Assembly: GCA_965240325.2 (NCBI GenBank)
Contig: OZ251222.1
Span: 3,968,001 to 4,032,000, forward strand
Direction: 5' to 3'
DNA: 64,000 nucleotides
DNA from: Rebecca billardiae RCC1528
Taxonomy: Eukaryota > Protista > Haptophyta
The notes beneath the pieces were generated by a model, which was not told where the DNA came from, searched no databases, and saw nothing but the letters and a program-made list of their open reading frames with translations. Shown here piece by piece: positions 58,327 through 64,000 of the stretch (position 1 is the stretch's first letter; every line of letters begins with the position of its first letter). Made by a program: the position numbers and the translations under genes.

Positions 58327-59225
58327 TGTCGTAGTGTGCTTGCTGCAATGGGGCAGCAATGGCCGCCTCGAAAAACATAGTCGTTTTTTTTATAAAAACT
58401 TGTATTGCGGCGACCTGTTTGGCCCTCCCCGTCCGGTCCCCCGGCGCACGCTGTCGGCATCCGTAGTCCGTACTCCCCCATACCGGTAGCTACAGTTTCC
58501 GTGCCTGCCGCGTTCGTCATCGTCACGCACTGCCCAGGGTGACTGTCTTCACGCTGCCGTCACCGCGTCAGGTCCGCCTCTCCCGTGCCTACGACTGCCC
58601 CGCTGCCGTTGGCCACTCGCGGTTCTCAGCATTGATGACGACATGTCACATGATGACGACGAAGCCATAGTATGATGTGCGCCCTAGCTACTTGCGCACG
58701 CCCGAACAGAGTCTCTGCGTCAAGGGCTCCTGAAGGCTCTGTTCCGTTTCGCAGCGCGGCTGGCCGGCAGGGCGGCGCCGCACGGCCGCAGTCCGGCGTC
58801 GGCGACGATATGCATCACTCGAACTTCGAAGCCTGTTAACTGGCACCTACCGTGCTAACGTGGCCCGCCTTGCCAATTGCAATAATCGTCGCGTAGCTGT
58901 TATTAGCGCAGTCGGAAACGCGAATAATCGAATAATGCGAGCAATGGGCGTGAAGCGCAAATATATATCCGATAGTATATCGTAAGCTATTATAGTGATC
59001 TGATATGACGGCATCAGCATTGATCGTCTCGTCCGACACTGTCCATTCGTCTGCGCCGCCGGGCAGCTTGCTGGAGTCATCATCCGCGCATGCAGCTTTG
59101 TTCGCCTTTGTTGGATATGGTCGTCAGAGTAGAATATCGCCATCACGCGTCGTCCGCGCCGCCGAAGAAACACTAGCTCAGGCAACGCCGCGCACTGCAC
59201 TCTGACACGCGGCGGATCTCGTGCT

Positions 59226-59733
59226 TCATGAGTTGGCGGACCTGCCGCCCTTCCCATCCTGCGACATCTTCCACTTCTGCTTTGGCTTGCCCACGCCCGG
59301 CTGCCTGCCCGCACGCTTTGCCGCGCGGTCGCGCTTTTTCCTCGATGACTCCTTGAGAAGATCAGGGTGATAGCGCGCGACGTACATGTGCAGCAGGAAA
59401 AGGACGCCAAACACGAGGACAACTGGCAGCAGGATGGTCATCGCCAGTGTCGCCGCCTTTGGTTCCGGCCTCGCCACGCCAGCTGCCGCGGCCTTCAGCT
59501 CGTTGATGTTGCTGAGGTACTTCACGTTGACAGCGCCTGGTGGGAGTTCCCACACCGAGTCTTTAGCGACCGGATCGTAGTAATACGCACGCTCGTGCTC
59601 AGTACTCCACTGCTGCTGCCACCTGTGTTGCATCGCACATGCACGGGACACACGTGTGCAACGTAAGTTGCAACCCTCCCTTCCGCGGTGGCGCGCTCGC
59701 CTTCGCGCGAACGCCTCACTCTTGCTCCGACAT
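59226..59733 (-). CDS. Small WW-domain, single-TM protein with basic C-terminus
   Basis: Exons 59733-59720 and 59622-59226 give MSEQEWQQQWSTEHERAYYYDPVAKDSVWELP (WW signature), followed by the TM segment ILLPVVLVFGVLFLLHMYV. Confidence 0.8.
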
Positions 59734-59946
59734 TCTCGGTGCACGTGCTGGTCCGTTGGCGTGATGCAGGACGGATGAAATGCGTCGGGTCCACGCGGCG
59801 CAACCGCGTCAGCACGAGCAGTGTGGTGAGCAAGAGAATCGCGTGATGGCGTCGCGACGAGAAGACCACGCACGACCTGCCCGGACCAAATGGAATGCGT
59901 CTCGACTCTCGACGGCCGCTGCTGCTTTTCATCAGCAGCAATCAGC

Positions 59947-60315
59947 ATGTCCGACGACGGCGTGGGTGTCGGCTCCTTCGTCGCCTTCGCTGACAATGCG
60001 GCTTGCACTGGAGTGGTTTTCGAGGTGACGGACGGCGTCGCCGGCCTGCGACAGCTCTCACAGAAGCTGAAGGACATGGGCTGTGGAGAGGAGACGCACG
60101 AGCCGCTGGACAACTTGAAGGCTGTGCACTCGCTCAAGGTCGGCCAGCGTGTGCACTTCAAGAGTGACGGCCCGGCTTGCCAGGGTGTGATCTTTGAGTT
60201 CCAAGACGAGGGTCGCGTGGCCGGACTGCGCGAGCTTTCGCAGAAACTCAAGGACATGGGCTGCGGAGAGGAGACGCACGAGCCCGTCGACAACCTCTCA
60301 TCGATGGAACCATGA
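59947..60315 (+). CDS. 122-aa protein made of two tandem ~59-aa repeats (SH3/Tudor-like barrel?)
   Basis: VG..V.F.....AC.GV.FE...G.VAGLR.LSQKLKDMGCGEETHEP.DNL occurs twice. Nucleotide differences between the repeats are largely synonymous. Confidence 0.7.
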   Translation: MSDDGVGVGSFVAFADNAACTGVVFEVTDGVAGLRQLSQKLKDMGCGEETHEPLDNLKAVHSLKVGQRVHFKSDGPACQGVIFEFQDEGRVAGLRELSQKLKDMGCGEETHEPVDNLSSMEP

Positions 60316-60805
60316 TCTCTCCCCGCTCGTTCTATCGAATCGTCCTTACCGCTGAAGGCAAAGAGATCTTCGCACAATCCCACAACTTCAGAAGTATTGC
60401 TTCACGCAAATCCTGATGGGTCGTGACGGTGCCTCGCACCAAGATGAGGCTTCACGCTGCCCCGTGCGGCTGCGACGCGGCTGCGACGCCGGCTGCACGT
60501 CCACCGTGCCCACCGTCCGCCCCGGGTCCGAGAACCCCCGCAGAGAACCGAAGGCGAACGCCTGTTACTAACGGTGCCGCCGGCCGCGGCTCGACGGACT
60601 CGTCACTCGATCCGAAGGGGCCCAGGCTCTAACAGCTGCTGACCGTCATTGCCGCAGTGGGGAAAGGGCCCCGGGCCGCCCCGGAGAATCCGTCATTAGC
60701 GCGGTACCATTTTAGTCGTATTATTTGATTTTTTACTGCAAGCGACACGCGACTCCGTAAATAATAACAGTAGTATTATTTTACAAGTAATAATACATAT
60801 ATAGA

Positions 60806-60965
60806 GCTTCCGCTCGGCGATGGAGTGATGGGCGACTACGAGGGGGGGGGGGGGGGGGACGACGGCGAGGAGCGCTGATCCTGGTGTTTGAGTCTCTGCT
60901 GCTCGATCTGATGCTGCTACAGCTTGCTGACTTTGACGCCTGCCCGTTGCATACCACGTCGTTAA
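60806..60965 (-). repeat. ~160-bp TA-flanked composite repeat; parts also at 28459-28553 and 52639-52679
   Basis: 60806-60903 matches 28459-28553 (inverted). 60925-60965 matches 52639-52679 (inverted, 1 mismatch in 41). TATATA lies on both sides. Confidence 0.75.
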
Positions 60966-61684
60966 TATATATACTATAAATTGATGTATTATATCATATA
61001 TATATAACAGTTATAAATAATAATAATCGGCTATGACGATGACTCGCAGTTAGCTACTAGACTGCTTATAACAATAATACTGCACATTAAAACATATATA
61101 GTTTCAAACTGTATTATTGAGATGAAGGGTGGCGCGGCAACCTGCCACCGTGAGCCTTACGCACGTTAAATAAACGACAAATAAATTGTAGCTCAGGGCC
61201 GGTGGCCTGGCGCCGCCCTGGCAGTGGGCGTGGTGCCAGCGCCGGGACTGAATGCCGCAAATCGCAATGGCGCCAGGGGCCGAGTACGGTAGGGCCGTGC
61301 GAGACCTGGCCCTGGGGCGCCCGAGGCCAAGCGACGCCAGCAGCAGCATCGCGCCCACTGCCTCGAAGACACCGCAGGCTGCACGCAGCCACGCACACAA
61401 TCCATCTTCACCCCGGTGGCAGCATGGGTTGATGAGCCGCGGTCCAAAGCGGTCGCAGCCACATCGACCACGGAACAGGTCCTCGGGCGTAGCTGGCATC
61501 ACCAGGGCGTCGCACGTGCGCTGCTCCGAGCAGGCACACTCCAGCCCGAGGGGCGATGCAGATGTAGCACGGCACACTCTCAGAACCTACCCACGGACCC
61601 AACCGGCGCGCCCATGCCTCGGGCTGAGTGGCTGTCCGGCAGCGGCACCACCGGCCGCGGGAGGAAGTCGACGCGCTGCACCAC

Positions 61685-62214
61685 TCAGACGTTTTGCAAC
61701 GCCTCCATCATCACGACTGAGTTACCCCTGATCATCTGTGAGGTGAGGCGCGCGCGCGGCGGGGCGTGTGAGCGCAGGCACGGCATCGCACGCGGGAGCA
61801 GCGCGAGCCCTAGCACGTACCACCATCCCAATGTTGATGTCCTCATTCGCGGACACGTGTTCCACCGTGTCGTCAAGAACAAGGTTCATGAACTGGTCGT
61901 ACCCACGTAGCGTGCCTGTCAGGCTGCGATTTGCGTTCAGCTTCACTGCAGCAGTTCGTGTTCGCGCGCGGGGGGCGAAGGGGAAGGCAGTCAACATCAC
62001 GAGGCCCACGCGGCACTGGCTCGCGCGACGGATGGCACTCACCCGCCAATCGCTTGTCCATGTACCTGCGAGAGCCGGGCAGTGCGTTGGGGGCGCGGAG
62101 GGGGGCGAGCGCAAATGAGATGTGTGCACGACGCGAGGAGACCAGCTGCGCACGCCACCTCGCGAGCGGCGTGCGCGTGACGTACTTCTTCAGATCGGGG
62201 CCCTTTCCACTCAT
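61685..62214 (-). CDS. SNRPG: Small nuclear ribonucleoprotein G (SmG)
   Basis: Exons 62214-62186, 62065-62043, 61945-61821 and 61735-61685 splice to MSGKGPDLKKYMDKRLAVKLNANRSLTGTLRGYDQFMNLVLDDTVEHVSANEDINIGMVMIRGNSVVMMEALQNV (Sm1 and Sm2 motifs). Confidence 0.95.
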
Positions 62215-62404
62215 GGCGGCGGCGAGACACGATGCCGACCGCGCGGAGGGGCGGAGGGCGAAAAGCAACCCACGCGAAAAATCGTCCGGACTCGCGGAGA
62301 AAATGAGAAAATCAATGCCGGCTGGCGGCTGGATCTCGCGTCGTCGTCCGCGGTCCTGATCTCGCGAGTGCGGGCGCCGCATGCCCGACCGCGCGCGACG
62401 CCGC

Positions 62405-64000
62405 ATGCCCGTCGCCCGGCGCGCTCTCCTCGCGCTCCTCGCGCTCGCTGCCCTCGCGAGTGCGGGCGCGGGCGCGGCCCCCTCCATCGAGCTTCGCCGC
62501 TCGCGCCCACCTGTCGAGCGATCCCCTGACGATGCCACGCTCGTCACGCTGCACGAGTCGCGCATCGCGCTGAAGAAGTCCAAGATGTCTAGGCAGGCGT
62601 TCGCGGCGACGCGCGGCGAGTACCGGCTCGCGTGCGCGGCGACTGGCCTGGCGGCGGCGCTCATCGCGTGGCTTGTGGACGTCCTGCTCACGACGGACTC
62701 GCCGCTCGAGATGCCGCACACGGGCCTGAGCAAGATCACGGGAATCTCGCGCCCGACCGTGCAGCTCGGCCTGGTGGCGGCCGTAACCATCGCCGAGCTG
62801 GTCGTCCTGTACCGGCTCACGCTGGCGTATGCCGTGCGCATGTCTACGGCGCTCGGCCTGGAGGACCGACCCGAGGTGCGGGCGGCGATCCGCTCCCTCG
62901 TCCAGTCGACGGCGCTTGGTGCGCCGCCGCTGGCCACTTCGCCCGAGGCTGCGGTCAAGTCGCGGGAGCTCGCCACGCGGCTCGGCCTGCGGATGGTGGT
63001 GTCGTCGAAGCGCTCGACATCCGCCCTGCGCACGCTGTTGCAGACGATCGTCTCGCTCTTCACGCAGGTGCAGGCCGTGCTCACCCGCGCCTCCCGCCAG
63101 GTCTTCCGCGGCTGGTCCGGGCCGGGCAACCCGATGGGCTCGAAGGTGTTCATGCGGCTGCTCACGCGCTTCCTCGGGCGCGAGCTCACGCGCGTGGCCG
63201 TGCCGCTGGTGGCGATCCCGTTCTGGATGCTGTGGAACGTGGGCAAGGCGAAGGCGGTCATGACCGAGTGCGCCGCGCTCACCACCGGCCCCGCCCTCGG
63301 CGTCGAGGTCCTGGGCGAGCTGCTGCCGCACCGCAGGCGCATGCCGCTCGCGCACCGCGTCGCTGTTGTGCGCGCGGTCGCGGCGAGCATCCATCACAAC
63401 GTGAGGCGCGTCGAGCTGCCCTTCCCCGGCTTCGGCTACTCCGCCGCGGCGGGCAGCGTCCACCCCAACTCGGCCATCCTGCTCGAGGCCGTGGAGAGCG
63501 CCATGGGCGTGCGCCAGCCCACGCTGCTGCCGGACGAGGCGCTCGACTCAGTGCCCGCCTTCCAGTACAGGGTGCGTGGCCGCGCCGCGCGCCGCGGGCG
63601 GAGCTGAGCGCTGCGCATCGCGCGCATCTGGGGGCCTGGGCCGCCCGCGCGCTCACTCGCCCGCCGCCATCCCCGTGTGGCCGCCCACCAGGTGCTGCCC
63701 AACCTCGACCTGCCCGGCCGGGTGCTCACGATGCGCGTGCTCGCGCTCGCGCTCTGCCTGGACGGCCATGTCAACCTGCCGGACCGCTTCTTCTTTGTGC
63801 GCTGCGCGAGCTCCGCGGGGCTGAAGGTCGACCGGGCAACGATGCGCCAGTTCCACGCGCTCGAGCAGCTCTTCAGTGCGAGCATCCTCGACGCGAGTGC
63901 CATCAACCAGCTTTTCGAGGCCGACTTGCTCGCTTACGCCGGGGGAGCGCGCGGACGCACGCTTACGCCGTCGTGGTGGCGAGACCTGCTGACCGCGCTC
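62405..64000 (+). CDS. Membrane protein of unknown function (signal peptide, 3+ TM helices); runs off the window end
   Basis: MPVARRALLALLALAALASAGAG leader and hydrophobic helices. Phase-0 intron at 63572-63691; the frame stays open to 64000. Confidence 0.7.

Noticed and set aside
59226-60383. 385-aa minus-strand ORF as one protein
   Set aside because: It is a chimera of the antisense of the two-repeat gene, the intergenic spacer and an intron. Only the WW-TM part is plausibly coding.
61685-62214. LSm7 as an alternative identity
   Set aside because: The N-terminal PDLKKYMDK, KLNANR and LRGYDQFMNLV match SmG rather than LSm7.

Overview
Very GC-rich, intron-containing eukaryotic DNA. The short GT-AG introns full of GCGCGC runs and the (TA)n/(CA)n tracts between genes resemble a Pavlovales-type haptophyte alga, but that taxonomy is inference. 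About 17 protein-coding genes can be reconstructed by splicing. Named genes: WDR75/UTP17, an ANP32-family protein, SmG (SNRPG) and a bacterial-type DbpA DEAD-box helicase. Family-level calls: a multi-SAP protein, an F-box/LRR protein, a 1660-aa secreted methyltransferase-FkbM-2xDUF229 fusion, two tandem CRAL-TRIO genes, an NHL-repeat multi-TM protein, a sulfotransferase, a SIM+UBZ scaffold, a GT25-like glycosyltransferase and a WW-TM protein. Unknowns: a giant 9-exon protein, a Cys-rich secreted protein, a two-repeat mini-protein and a membrane protein running off the window end. Five gene pairs are head-to-head across short spacers. The intergenic DNA holds several non-autonomous mobile elements at TA sites: two back-to-back MITEs, a 1.94-kb foldback TIR element inside (TA)n, and a 1.73-kb element with A-X-BA-Y-B split direct repeats (TOC1/PAT/Ngaro tyrosine-recombinase retroelement architecture), also inside (TA)n. 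The last is the most notable. Most long ORFs in the supplied track are antisense or off-frame artefacts of the high GC content.
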